Shown here piece after piece: positions 11,101 to 19,938 of a DNA stretch of 64,000 nucleotides. Source of the stretch: an uncultured Thermococci archaeon (GTDB taxonomy: Archaea; CAYQAE01; CAYVLA01). The stretch's first letter is position 1; every line of letters begins with the position of its first letter. Where the stretch lies: assembly GCA_964549615.1 (NCBI GenBank), contig CAZJVP010000011.1, forward strand, positions 65,926 through 129,925. Reading direction: 5' to 3'. The notes below the pieces were generated by a model, which was given only the letters and a program-made list of their open reading frames with translations, was not told the origin of the DNA and searched no databases. Position numbers and translations under genes: made by a program.

Positions 11101-11131
11101 GGTGTTCATCCCCCTGACGCGGAGCCCCTGA
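8129..11131 (+). CDS. GH106-like alpha-L-rhamnosidase / glycoside hydrolase
   Basis: PPVSCRPHTRWWWMGN, GIGGVE, VDHFNKQA, FFIDSFE, ASGAHLYGRNIVSVEAYT; C-terminal LDLGVV...NTLINR...SGLLGPV beta-sandwich. Confidence 0.85.
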   Translation: MKPSNHGIDINDESGREMARSTEEIRRGFADPPVSCRPHTRWWWMGNAITKEDLTWQLEQMHEKGIGGVEQVTIEPVYEKGNVPYLSDEHLDLLVHAIREAKRLCMEFSLNFGGPGWVIGGAWVKPSDRSKNMVPTAMRLSGGRLFSGKLPTKVGEVPRTGDRAARDVGPRDRLVAVVAGRVVDGRLEESSLVDLTSKVRGRSIRWRVPEGEWKLMAFWLMYTGQGHAVDHFNKQAMERYCEFLGGKFRKAFGEEFGRTVESFFIDSFEVDLLHNGIYWSDGLLAGFKEFKGYDLTRYLPAIWWDVGAITPKIRYDVNEYLHHVGLDAFFKTFLGWCERNGVKGRIQPYGFATDILQGAGMAHIPEMEVTAGEKDAVPWFDTRIGPKKYVASGAHLYGRNIVSVEAYTYIHWETYRATLEELKIASDDFLRNGANKFYNHGYTCSPERDIAPSRRFEAEVLINHQNIWWRYYPLLSDYVARCCYLLRQGRTVADVAVYLPLANQWTLDVRNPRKWTRGFDWGSLGKLLWANGYDFDLVNDDVLLNHARIEDGVIRVRDLEYRVLLLPNIQAMPLESLERIRDWVKGGGVVVALERVPDSSVGLEDYERKDAAVRAIVREMFDTPSWRVNETAPRDYGRGRTYHIRNVIDRYDVLEWHASALDPFLNVLRRHIQPDMGIDFVREGIRENEGLCFIHRRLPGKEIYFVANIQDRAIEMRVSFRVRGKAPTEWNPHTGEVRRVLEYEEKDGLTWIPLRMKPYDSTFIVFDEEVEPYRHAVDISFSRVLDVDEEGVEVLATRNGLQMVRLDDGTLLRKFVEGIPAPLAVDGEWHLELEGTGSPRLSLSLPRLTSWTEDPRTRHFSGTGRYRIEFDIPQVYLEEGLQLELDLGVVGNIAEVELNGRHIGVVWMRGRTLDITGMVAVGRNVLVIDVTNTLINRVSGLKELPPVPEHLRARYGGDPRARTSSSRMLIGYEPLPVSGLLGPVLIRASRRVFIPLTRSP

Positions 11132-11235
11132 GGGATGGGCCCACCCCCGTTCCTGGGTTTCATCCTCTTTTGTCAACCGACGGCGGACCCTGGGCCGACG
11201 CCCGGTTGCGAGGGCTTCTCCAACCAGCCGACATC

Positions 11236-12341
11236 CTATAGGAGCTTTGCCATCGTGCCCAACACGCCCGCCGTAACTACTACCACCGACATGTTGACCT
11301 TCGGTTTCAAGGTGGCCAGAAAAGCTGCTGCCCCGATCGCGACTGTCAGAAGGTCGGGGAAGGCCGTCTGGGCCATCGATGCCCCGGTGCCAAGAATGAT
11401 CGCGACGGCCCCGACCTTGACGCCCTTCAGGAAGCCCTTCAGCCAAGGATCACTCCGCATGCGTCTGAAGAAGGGCGCAAGAAGGATGATTGTGAGGAAC
11501 GGTGGAAAGAATACCGCCCAGAATGCAGCTGTCGCGCCCGGTATCCCTGCAACCTTGTAGCCGACAAAACCTGCCGTTTTCATCACAGGCCCAGGGCTTA
11601 TCTGGCCCAGAGTGACACCATCGAAGAACTCCTTGTAACTCATCCAGCCGAAAAATTCCACGACGTCAGGGCCGGTCAAAGGAATGATCACAAGCCCCGT
11701 TCCGAACATCAGGCAGCTTGCTTTCAGGAACTCTAGGAACAGCTGCAGAATGAGAGGGAGCTTCCGGATGGTAATGACCATCGTTGTAACCACCAGGGGC
11801 GTGAAAAAGAACGCGTTTGAGGTTTTCTTCGGGGAGGGGGCGTAGAGGAAGATCCCCGCCAATCCGGAGGAAACCAGTATGAGAGCAGTGTGATCAAGAA
11901 CAGACACGCGAGCTTGGAATCAGTTATGGTCGACCTGCCCAGCCTGAGAACTGTGAGGAGTATGATTGCGACCACGACGGGGTTGACGCCGTAGAAGAAT
12001 CCGTCCACGCCCGGCATTTTCCCGTATCGAAAGTAGAACCAGCTTAGGCCTAGGATCATGATGAAGGACGGGATTATGAAACCCAAGCCGGCCAGGATTC
12101 CTCCGAGCTTTCCAGCCTTGGCATGCCCTATGTGGATTGCCATCTCCGTCGCATTGGGGCCCGGGAGCATGTTCGTGACTCCAAGCATCTCGGCAAACTC
12201 CTCCTTGCTCAGCCACTTCCTCCTTTCGACGCAGTCGTCCTCCATCATCGAAATGTATGCTAGCGGGCCGCCGAAAGCTGCCCAAGAAAGTCTGAAGAAG
12301 TAAAGGAAGATGCTCGCGAGAGATGGGTGCCGCTGGTCCAT
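11236..12341 (-). pseudogene. chrA: Chromate ion transporter (CHR family, long-chain), frameshifted near 11870-11900
   Basis: N-half AFGGP...LPGPNATE...GLGFIIPS and C-half MFGTG...GQISPGPV...VFFPPF lie in different frames (ORFs 11733..12443 and 11236..11907). Confidence 0.85.
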
Positions 12342-12835
12342 TTCTATGTCCGGTCCAGCCACTCTTATTGGGCCCGCCGCATGCGTGCTGGGCCAGGAAC
12401 GCCGTTTCATGGATCCCGCATCTTCCCAGCGAGCTTCCTCCAAGAGGAATGTTAGCTCTTGCGGCCCTGATCACTCCATTCCTTTACGCGCTGTTTCCTG
12501 CTCTGCAGCGGATCAGGGGAGTTACCCGCCTAGGCCGTCACCCGCCATACGCGGCTTGGCAATAAGCCGAATCGCCGCCAACAGGACATCCCTTCCATTT
12601 TATTGGTGACAAAAATATTGTGCATACGCTTTGGCCTCGCAAATCGGTTATCGGCTTGTGCCTGCTCTTCGACTTTCTGGCCATGATAGGACAACCTCGC
12701 TGAGGACCCTGCCGCATCCGATGCCCTGCGACGTTTTTGCTCTTGACCAGGATGGCTGCTCCTGCACCTTGATCATCGATCGTCGATCGTAAGAGTGTTA
12801 AGGGCTGGACGATTCGCGATCGTGGGTGACTGCCC

Positions 12836-14122
12836 TTGCGCGAAGCCCGTCATGCCCAGCTCAACGCCCTCGGTTTCCTACTGGGAATTGCCCTTGTTGG
12901 ATTCCAGCTTGCCAACGTGCAGGGCTTGGACGACGGAAGGATCGGTGTGCTCTATGTTGGTTGCCTTGCGCGTTCCACCCCGTTCTGGTGGATGAGGTCC
13001 GATCCCCTCTTCTCCATGTACTTCGTTCAAGCGACCCTGCGAGACTGGGCGAATTGGGGTCCAACCCAGCAGGCGATCTCGGAGCTGCAGGTCTTCAGGA
13101 TGATCAGGCTGTACATGCCCCGTTCCTACCACGACCTGACATCGCGTTTCGATGTCCTGATCATGGCCAACGCCAACAGGGAGGCGGTGACCCCGCACAA
13201 CACGGAGATGCTTGCCCGGGGAGTTCGAGAGGGGGGTATGGGGTTCGTCATGTGCGGCGGGTGGGAGAGCTTCGGCGGCGCGTTCTCCCGTCCCTCGTGG
13301 GGAGACACATCCATAGGGGCACTCTTGCCCACAAACGATGTGCCCGGAACCTACGTGCTGCAGCCCGCCGGCGACCTGCGTCTCATCATAGACAAGCCCG
13401 ACAACGAGTTCATCAAGAGCATTCCCTGGGACCCAACCCAACCCTTCATGACGAACTTCGAACACAACATCGTGACGGCAAAGGAGGGGGCAAACGTCCT
13501 GGCACATGTGGAGAGCACCTTCTTCAAGGATCACCCGGGCATGGTTACGTGGGAGATCGAGGGCGGGGTAAGGACCTTCGCCATAACGGGTGAGATCATC
13601 GGTCCAGGATCCGAGCCAGGCCAGGTCCACACCATGTGTTACCGCGGAGGGCCCTGGAAGTACGCCATCGACTTCGGATGCAATCTCATGATCTACCTAG
13701 ATCGTCGCCCTGTGCCCCAGGATGTGGAGCTCGTGCATGCGGTGAGGTCAATCATGTTCGATACGAGCACGAGGAGGACGCTTCTGGTCGGGCTCCTGGA
13801 GTTCTGCGACTCATTTGGCGCGAACACAGACAGGATCGTATCGAAGATGGACGAGGCGCAGGATCTGATATCGGCGGCAATCCCGAGCTACCTTGAGCTT
13901 CGCTTCGAGGAGGTCTTGGAAGCCTACGAGAAGGTTGGGGCGATGCTTTTGCAGATCGAAGAGGAGGCCGTCCGGCTGAAGAACCGAACCTTGACCTGGG
14001 TCTACGCGATTGAGTGGATGGCCGTGACCGGCACATCCCTGGTCTGCGGCGTCGTCCTGTGGTCGCTCATGATACGCCGGAGGTTTTACAGGGAAGTCCA
14101 AACTACGAAGCTTCTCATCTAG
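12836..14122 (+). CDS. Secreted, C-terminally anchored GATase1/DUF1355-like protein (paralog 1)
   Basis: Signal peptide; RLYMPRSY...FDVLI; GMGFVMCGGWESFGG; helical stalk with EFCDSFGAN; C-terminal WVYAIEW...LMIRRRFYREVQTT. Confidence 0.8.
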   Translation: MREARHAQLNALGFLLGIALVGFQLANVQGLDDGRIGVLYVGCLARSTPFWWMRSDPLFSMYFVQATLRDWANWGPTQQAISELQVFRMIRLYMPRSYHDLTSRFDVLIMANANREAVTPHNTEMLARGVREGGMGFVMCGGWESFGGAFSRPSWGDTSIGALLPTNDVPGTYVLQPAGDLRLIIDKPDNEFIKSIPWDPTQPFMTNFEHNIVTAKEGANVLAHVESTFFKDHPGMVTWEIEGGVRTFAITGEIIGPGSEPGQVHTMCYRGGPWKYAIDFGCNLMIYLDRRPVPQDVELVHAVRSIMFDTSTRRTLLVGLLEFCDSFGANTDRIVSKMDEAQDLISAAIPSYLELRFEEVLEAYEKVGAMLLQIEEEAVRLKNRTLTWVYAIEWMAVTGTSLVCGVVLWSLMIRRRFYREVQTTKLLI

Positions 14123-14236
14123 CGTGCGAATCGATCGTCGTGCCCCGGGGGCCAAGGGGGAAACCCATAAGAGCAGGCGGCGGGAGCTCGCCTGAAGCAT
14201 TTCTTCGAGGGAGGCTTGTTGTTCTCCTCGACCCCA

Positions 14237-15208
14237 ATGGATATGGTGACGGTCGCCGTCGAACTCGTGTCTATCCTCCTAGTAGCTACCATCGTCCTTC
14301 TGCTCCTGACGAGGCTGCTGCGAAGATCCCTAGCGCGCGTGGGCTTGGGTGACGAATGGGTCCGCGCGGGCAACTGGGCGCTTACCATCGCAGTGTACAT
14401 CGTGGCCCTGGACGTGATACTGGAGCTCTTTCATTTCGATCTGAAGGCTTTCCTATTCTCCTCGCCGTATTCCTCTCCCGCCCAGGCGGGCTTGGTCGTC
14501 CTGGGGGCAACGATCCTCGCCAAGGTGCTCACGACGGCCTTGGAGAAATCGGCCAGCCGACTCGGCGTCGAGCTTACCGTCCGCCGGACCGCGAACAGGG
14601 TTCTGACGACGGTCATCTACCTCGTCGCACTGGTGATAGTCTTCGCGATCTTCAAAATCAACCTGGGCGGATTGGTGACCGCCGGCGGGCTCGTCACCGC
14701 GGCCATAGTCTTCGCCACCGGACAGATAATAAACAACCTCGTCTCAGGCATCTTCATAGTCACAGGAAAGACCTTCGAGACCGGGGACGTCATACAGGTC
14801 GGCGCAGACAGGGGTCGCGTTGAGAAGGTGAGCATCAGGACTACCACGATAGTGACCGAGGACGGCAAGAACATGATCATACCCAACCTACAGTTCGTCA
14901 CAAGCCCGGTGATCAACTACACGAAGGCCAAGAAAGCGAACGTAAGGGTAGCCGTGAACTTCAACGTGAAAAGGGGGGCGAAGGATCTTCCGGAGGTGAA
15001 GAAGATCCTCAAGGACACGCTCGTGAAGTACTTCACTTACAGGGGAGTCAACAATCCTAGCCTCTTCCTGCGCGGGATCACGGCCGGGTTCTACTCCTTC
15101 ACGGCTTATGTCTGGGTCAGTGAGCCTTCCAAGATCGACCGGATAACCGACGAGGTCCTTGAAAGGCTCAAGGCCGCCATGGACGCGGAGGGCCTGGAGT
15201 TCATCTAG
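14237..15208 (+). CDS. mscS: Small-conductance mechanosensitive channel (MscS family)
   Basis: Multiple TMs, then NNLVSGIFI...FETGDVIQV...GRVEKVSIRTT...IIPN...VINYT. Confidence 0.9.
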   Translation: MDMVTVAVELVSILLVATIVLLLLTRLLRRSLARVGLGDEWVRAGNWALTIAVYIVALDVILELFHFDLKAFLFSSPYSSPAQAGLVVLGATILAKVLTTALEKSASRLGVELTVRRTANRVLTTVIYLVALVIVFAIFKINLGGLVTAGGLVTAAIVFATGQIINNLVSGIFIVTGKTFETGDVIQVGADRGRVEKVSIRTTTIVTEDGKNMIIPNLQFVTSPVINYTKAKKANVRVAVNFNVKRGAKDLPEVKKILKDTLVKYFTYRGVNNPSLFLRGITAGFYSFTAYVWVSEPSKIDRITDEVLERLKAAMDAEGLEFI

Positions 15209-15306
15209 GCACTGTGCGCGATTTCCGGGGTTGGGTGTGTCGTCGTCGCAACAGGGAGGCAGATGTCGACGGATTTTTTGGAAAGGTCGTGGGCTGGCGG
15301 AAGGGC

Positions 15307-16479
15307 ATGGAAGCAAAAGCGATTGTGAAAAGGATTCTGGAAGAGTTCTGGAGGATACCCCTTTTCGACGTGCACAGCCACTTTTGCTCGGAGTCCGGCC
15401 CAGTGGAAAGCGTCGACTCCTACATCGCAAACTGGACCCAGCCGGAGACCCGGCCACCGGAGGTCGAGGATCGGGGAATGGGAGCATGGCGGATGGAGCG
15501 GTGGCCCATGAAGAGATCGCTCTGGATGAGCCGTGCATTCCGAGCCGCGCTTGGTGAGCTCTACGGCACTGAAAACGCGTTTGAGATCTGCAGGGCGATG
15601 AACGGGGTCAGGAATGGCGGCCTCCTGGCCGCTATCGACTGGATGCGACGCAAGGCCAACGTCGAGGTCATCGTCGTGGACTCCAACCCACAGCTTGCCT
15701 CGAGGGACAACCGCATCATCTCGACCTACCATCTCAACGCGAGGGTGATCCTTCACCGGGCATGCGACCTTGCCTCGGTGGTTGATGGACTTGAGGCCGA
15801 GATCGAGAGGGGCCGCAATGCGGGGTCGATGGGCTGCCTGAAGGTCGCAATGGCCTATGATCGGTCGCTGTGCATCGAAGAGGCGGGTTACGAGGAGGCA
15901 GCGAGCGCGGCGCTCAAGGATCCCGCACATAGATCGCCGGATGAACAGAAGCTGGCCGAGGACTACCTCTATCGCCATTTCTTCAGCAAGGCTGCGGACT
16001 GGTCCATGCCGGTCGAAATCCATACGGGCTTCGGCTGGGCAATTCACGACCGGCCTCTCAGGCTGTCCGAGGCCGATCCGGAGAACCTGCTGCCGATCTT
16101 GGAGGACGCAGGCTACCGAAAGACCAAGTTCGTGCTCTTCCACGGCGGCTACCCCTTCCTGAGCAAGATGGGCTACATCGCCGGGACCTTCTCGAACGTG
16201 TATCTCGACTTCACATGTCTGTGTCCGGAGTCCTGGACGGTTCTCAAGCACGCGCTTCACGAGTGGATCGACATCGTGCCCATGGACAAGATCGTCACGG
16301 GCAGCGATGGAAGCTACGAGTGGCTGTACTTTGCCGCGAAGTACAATAGGGAGTGCCTTGCAGAGGTGCTCGGCGAGAAGGTCTGCTCCGAGCACATGGA
16401 CCTGGACCTGGCCTTGGACGTTGGAAGGCATGTCCTCCGCGAGAATGCCCGCAGGGTGTTTGGGGCTGAAAGCTCGTAG
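15307..16479 (+). CDS. Amidohydrolase_2 family metallo-dependent hydrolase
   Basis: DVHSH, KVAMAYDRSL, EIHTG, LFHGGYP and GSDG motifs. Confidence 0.85.
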   Translation: MEAKAIVKRILEEFWRIPLFDVHSHFCSESGPVESVDSYIANWTQPETRPPEVEDRGMGAWRMERWPMKRSLWMSRAFRAALGELYGTENAFEICRAMNGVRNGGLLAAIDWMRRKANVEVIVVDSNPQLASRDNRIISTYHLNARVILHRACDLASVVDGLEAEIERGRNAGSMGCLKVAMAYDRSLCIEEAGYEEAASAALKDPAHRSPDEQKLAEDYLYRHFFSKAADWSMPVEIHTGFGWAIHDRPLRLSEADPENLLPILEDAGYRKTKFVLFHGGYPFLSKMGYIAGTFSNVYLDFTCLCPESWTVLKHALHEWIDIVPMDKIVTGSDGSYEWLYFAAKYNRECLAEVLGEKVCSEHMDLDLALDVGRHVLRENARRVFGAESS

Positions 16480-16545
16480 GGGCATGCGGGAGCGCGATGG
16501 CGCGGCCCTGCAAGGTCGCCCCCATAGGAGGGTTTCATGAGTAGG

Positions 16546-16758
16546 CTATCGCCGCGTCTCCTTGTCGGCGTTCATCTGATCAACGTTGCCGGAGCGGCGT
16601 TGCGACCTCGAATACATGCATCCAAGCCTCTGGTGATAGGTCGGACATAGGTCTGGGTGATGGTCGGACACGTGACCGCAGCTGCACCTGTAGTTGTTTT
16701 CTGAGGGGTCGTACTTCATCTGTATCTCGCCGCAGACCGGGCATCGCGCCTTCTTCAC
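16546..16758 (-). CDS. Small Cys/His-rich zinc-finger protein
   Basis: CPVC...CSCGH...CPTYH...C; GTG start overlaps the stop of the upstream gene by 1 nt. Confidence 0.6.
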   Translation of the reverse strand: MKKARCPVCGEIQMKYDPSENNYRCSCGHVSDHHPDLCPTYHQRLGCMYSRSQRRSGNVDQMNADKETRR

Positions 16759-18194
16759 TACAACACCTCGCCCGCGATCCTAATGGATATGCCCATTCTC
16801 GATGACTGGTCGATGATTAAGAAGCTTTCCCCCGGCGCCTCCGCCTTCGGGGTCAACCTTGCTCCCAGCTTCTCGAAGTCTAGGACCACCTGCTCGTTCC
16901 GCTCCTTCCTCATCTTGAGGACGCAGTCGAAGAGCTCCTCAAAGATGAGCGGGCCCGTCTGGCCCTCGGATTCCGGAGGGTTGAATACGAAAAGCGAGGT
17001 GCAATCTCGGCTCCTCAGAAGGTGTATCATCTCGAGCATGAAGGGGTATATCTTCTCCGTTGGGGACGACGCGGTGTAGGCGGAGAGGACGTCCACCAGC
17101 GCCCTTTTCCTTTCGGTCCCCATCGAGTCCAACGCCCTGGAGATCGCCACGTTTACGACCGACGGATCCACGGGGGAAATGATCGTGTCTCCGCGCGTCT
17201 CCAGGGCCGGGATCTCCTTGAACCGGGCCGTGTAGCAGTCCACAAGCTTGAGTTCACCCGGCATTCCCTTCACCTTAAGATCCGTCGCTATCTGGTCCGG
17301 GGAGCGGGTTGCCGAGACGACCAGGCATCCATCGCCGTTCCGCATGCCAGCCCTTATGAAGGCTAGGGCCATGCGCTCACGTTCGCCGATCGGACTGCCG
17401 AGGACAAGGACCGCTACCCCGTTAGGCAGCCCTCCTCCCAGGGCCTTGTCCAAGCTCACCAATCCGGTTGAAGTTCTATCGGTGAGTAGCCCTCCGGCCA
17501 GTCGGAAGAAGAGGCCCTCGTCTATGAGGAAGTCCCTGTACCTGTTGACGGTACCTCCGCACCTTGCCCTAAGTGCAGTTGCGAGGTCCTTGCGGTGCTG
17601 CACGTTTCCTGCAGAGGCGAAGTGCTCGACCAAGCCATCCAGAAAACGAACCAGCGGCTCTGGGTCCAACCTAGACCCGCCTATTCTCAGGATCGTTTCC
17701 ATGTCAAGTTTAAGCTCTCCGCGTTTTGTGAAGTGGGCGCGGGCTAGGACGGGGTTCGTGAGCGAGACGCGATCGAGCACGCTGTTGAGCTTCTGTTCTC
17801 CCTCGATGGCGACGATGGGCTTGGCCAGATCCTCGTATATCTGACCGAAGAAGCTTATCATGATGTGATTCTCGGAGGGCAGCGGGAACCCGGGATCGAA
17901 ATCTCCTGTGGTGGCGATCTCCTCCATCCTCCTCCGGTTTTTTTCTCCCCAGTAGAGGAAGAATGGGAATCCGAATGACTGTATGAGGAGGAAGGAAGCC
18001 GCTCTTCCGGGGTCTCCGTCAGGGTAGCCGGAGAAGAGGATGAGAGATGAGCCGAGAACTAGGACGACCGGTGGCAGCATGGCGAGGTGGCAGGGGTACC
18101 TCGTCCTGGCGTAGGATTGGAGGAACCCGGCTACCCCTATGGCCAGCACAGTTATCGCTAAGACCTCACCCGACGCTGCTAGGGGGCTCAGCAA
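16758..18194 (-). CDS. Membrane-anchored RAD55/KaiC-like ATPase-fold protein with degenerate Walker A
   Basis: About 3 N-terminal TMs, a helical middle region, then STGLVSLDKALGGGLP..VLVLGSPIGERE, LVDCY, LFDCVL. GGAGGTGG precedes TTG 18194 (track start 18239). Confidence 0.8.
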   Translation of the reverse strand: MLSPLAASGEVLAITVLAIGVAGFLQSYARTRYPCHLAMLPPVVLVLGSSLILFSGYPDGDPGRAASFLLIQSFGFPFFLYWGEKNRRRMEEIATTGDFDPGFPLPSENHIMISFFGQIYEDLAKPIVAIEGEQKLNSVLDRVSLTNPVLARAHFTKRGELKLDMETILRIGGSRLDPEPLVRFLDGLVEHFASAGNVQHRKDLATALRARCGGTVNRYRDFLIDEGLFFRLAGGLLTDRTSTGLVSLDKALGGGLPNGVAVLVLGSPIGERERMALAFIRAGMRNGDGCLVVSATRSPDQIATDLKVKGMPGELKLVDCYTARFKEIPALETRGDTIISPVDPSVVNVAISRALDSMGTERKRALVDVLSAYTASSPTEKIYPFMLEMIHLLRSRDCTSLFVFNPPESEGQTGPLIFEELFDCVLKMRKERNEQVVLDFEKLGARLTPKAEAPGESFLIIDQSSRMGISIRIAGEVL

Positions 18195-18585
18195 GCCTCC
18201 ACCTCCTGCCGTAGATGAAGTGGTCAAGCAGCAAGGCATTAGATCCTTGGGCGAACAGGATGCCTAGCACTATCAGGAAGGCGCCCAACAGACCCACACC
18301 GTTTGCCTTGACGAGGAATGATATCGCAACGCATGCGTATCCAGGGAGGAGGAGGGCGAAGGCGAACGTGTACAAGATCGAGGCCTCCGGCATCCCCCCC
18401 ATCAGCCTGTCAATTCTTCGGTACTGCCATATGAGGTTGTAGAAGAAGACGCCGATCGAGAGGACGCTCAGCACGACGACTGCTAGGCCTAGGGTAGTGG
18501 TCCGTGATGCCAGCGCAATCGAGATGGCCAGGACAAGCAGAGTTATCAATATGCTTGGATATATTCTCGGCCGCGTTTTGCCCAC
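18166..18585 (-). CDS. Four-TM membrane protein of unknown function
   Basis: Four hydrophobic segments; GTG 18585 lies downstream of the AT-rich box; overlaps the KaiC-like gene by 29 nt. Confidence 0.65.
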   Translation of the reverse strand: MGKTRPRIYPSILITLLVLAISIALASRTTTLGLAVVVLSVLSIGVFFYNLIWQYRRIDRLMGGMPEASILYTFAFALLLPGYACVAISFLVKANGVGLLGAFLIVLGILFAQGSNALLLDHFIYGRRWRLAEPPSSVG

Positions 18586-18620
18586 CTCACAACACGGCGC
18601 CCAATCTAATTTGGTGGTTG

Positions 18621-18635
18621 CAAAGTTATAAATGC
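18621..18635. promoter_or_regulatory. TATA box in the divergent intergenic region
   Basis: CAAAGTTATAAATGC, an AT-rich TATA-like element readable on both strands, between the KaiC-like operon and ubiA. Confidence 0.5.
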
Positions 18636-18829
18636 TGCTGCAAAAAGCTCGAGAAAAATGGAAAAATGCAGAAACTAGGCGCGCTTGTGCGCGGTGGGGA
18701 ATGTTCCCCTCCCGTAGTACGGGCGGCGGGTTGTCGAAACTTGCTGGGCGTTGGCGGAGCGCTTCACTTCTGGAGCGGGTTGGGGTTACGGGCAGCATAC
18801 TTTTCAGCGCCCGAGCACCCAGCGGTGCG

Positions 18830-19726
18830 ATGGGTAACCGGACCGAAGGGCAGGGGTCATTGTCAGCGAGTCGGTTACTCGCCTGGGTCAGGATGTTGAG
18901 GCTCCCGACCGGCCTTGTCTCGCCCTCGATGGCCCTTGCGGGGTCGCTCCTCTCGCCTGCCCCTCCGGGAGGGCTTTGGGGAACTCTTGTTCCCGTCGGC
19001 GCGATGACGGCGCTCTCGTTCTCTGCCTACATGTTCAACGATCTCTTCGACCTCGAGGTCGATAGGATAAGCAATCCTGCCCGCCCGCTGCCTTCGGGCA
19101 GGCTCTCATCGCGCGAAGTCGTTTGCGTTGCATCGATGCTCTTGGTTGCCGGCTTCATGATCGTCTTGGTGTGGGGATCGCTCGCATCGCTTTCGATGGC
19201 GCTGGCCCTCTGCGCATTCGTGTTCGTTTACTCTGCGCCTCCCATCCGCCTGAGGAGGTTCTTCTTGGCACCCTACTTCACCATAGCGACCTCGGCCTCG
19301 CTGTCCTTCTTGGTGGCCCACCTGTTCTGGGGCGGTGATCCGAGCGGCGCCTCGATAACGGGCGCCATCCTCGTCTTCGGGTATGGATCTGGATCATGCA
19401 TGGTGAAGGAGTTCAAGGACATCGAGGGAGACTCCCGGATGGGCGTGCGATCCCTTCCCGTTGCGCTGGGCCTTCAGAAGGCCGTGCGGGTGACGATACC
19501 CGCTTACCTTGGGTCGTGCCTGCTTCTACTTCCCTTCTACTGGCTCTTCGATCTAAGTCCGCTCTTCTTGCCCATCTTCGGGGCCGTATTCCTTGCGAAA
19601 TGCAAGACATCCTACGACCTGGCCAGGAACCCGTTTGACATCGGTAGAAGGATCCGCATACTGACCGTCGAGGTGGTCTCGACGGTCCTGCTCTTCCTCG
19701 GCATCGCGGCAGGCGCCCTTGTTTGA
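18830..19726 (+). CDS. UbiA family prenyltransferase (DGGGP synthase-like)
   Basis: NDLFDLEVDRISNPARPLPSG, YSAPP and KEFKDIEGD motifs; multi-TM. Confidence 0.9.
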   Translation: MGNRTEGQGSLSASRLLAWVRMLRLPTGLVSPSMALAGSLLSPAPPGGLWGTLVPVGAMTALSFSAYMFNDLFDLEVDRISNPARPLPSGRLSSREVVCVASMLLVAGFMIVLVWGSLASLSMALALCAFVFVYSAPPIRLRRFFLAPYFTIATSASLSFLVAHLFWGGDPSGASITGAILVFGYGSGSCMVKEFKDIEGDSRMGVRSLPVALGLQKAVRVTIPAYLGSCLLLLPFYWLFDLSPLFLPIFGAVFLAKCKTSYDLARNPFDIGRRIRILTVEVVSTVLLFLGIAAGALV

Positions 19727-19938
19727 CGAGAGAAAGGAAATCGTGACGGACGGCCCGGGAAAGCACGGAAGAAGGTTCGTTCATCCATTGGCAAGCCCTA
19801 GGGAACTGCATGCGCCGATGGTCGGGAGCGTCTTGTTCTACTGCCTCGTGATCGCCTTTTCCGGCGACTTGGGTCCTCTCAAAGCGGTAGTCTCTGGCCC
19901 TTTGCGGTCGTCACGGCGGGCGTACGAGGAGTTTCATA

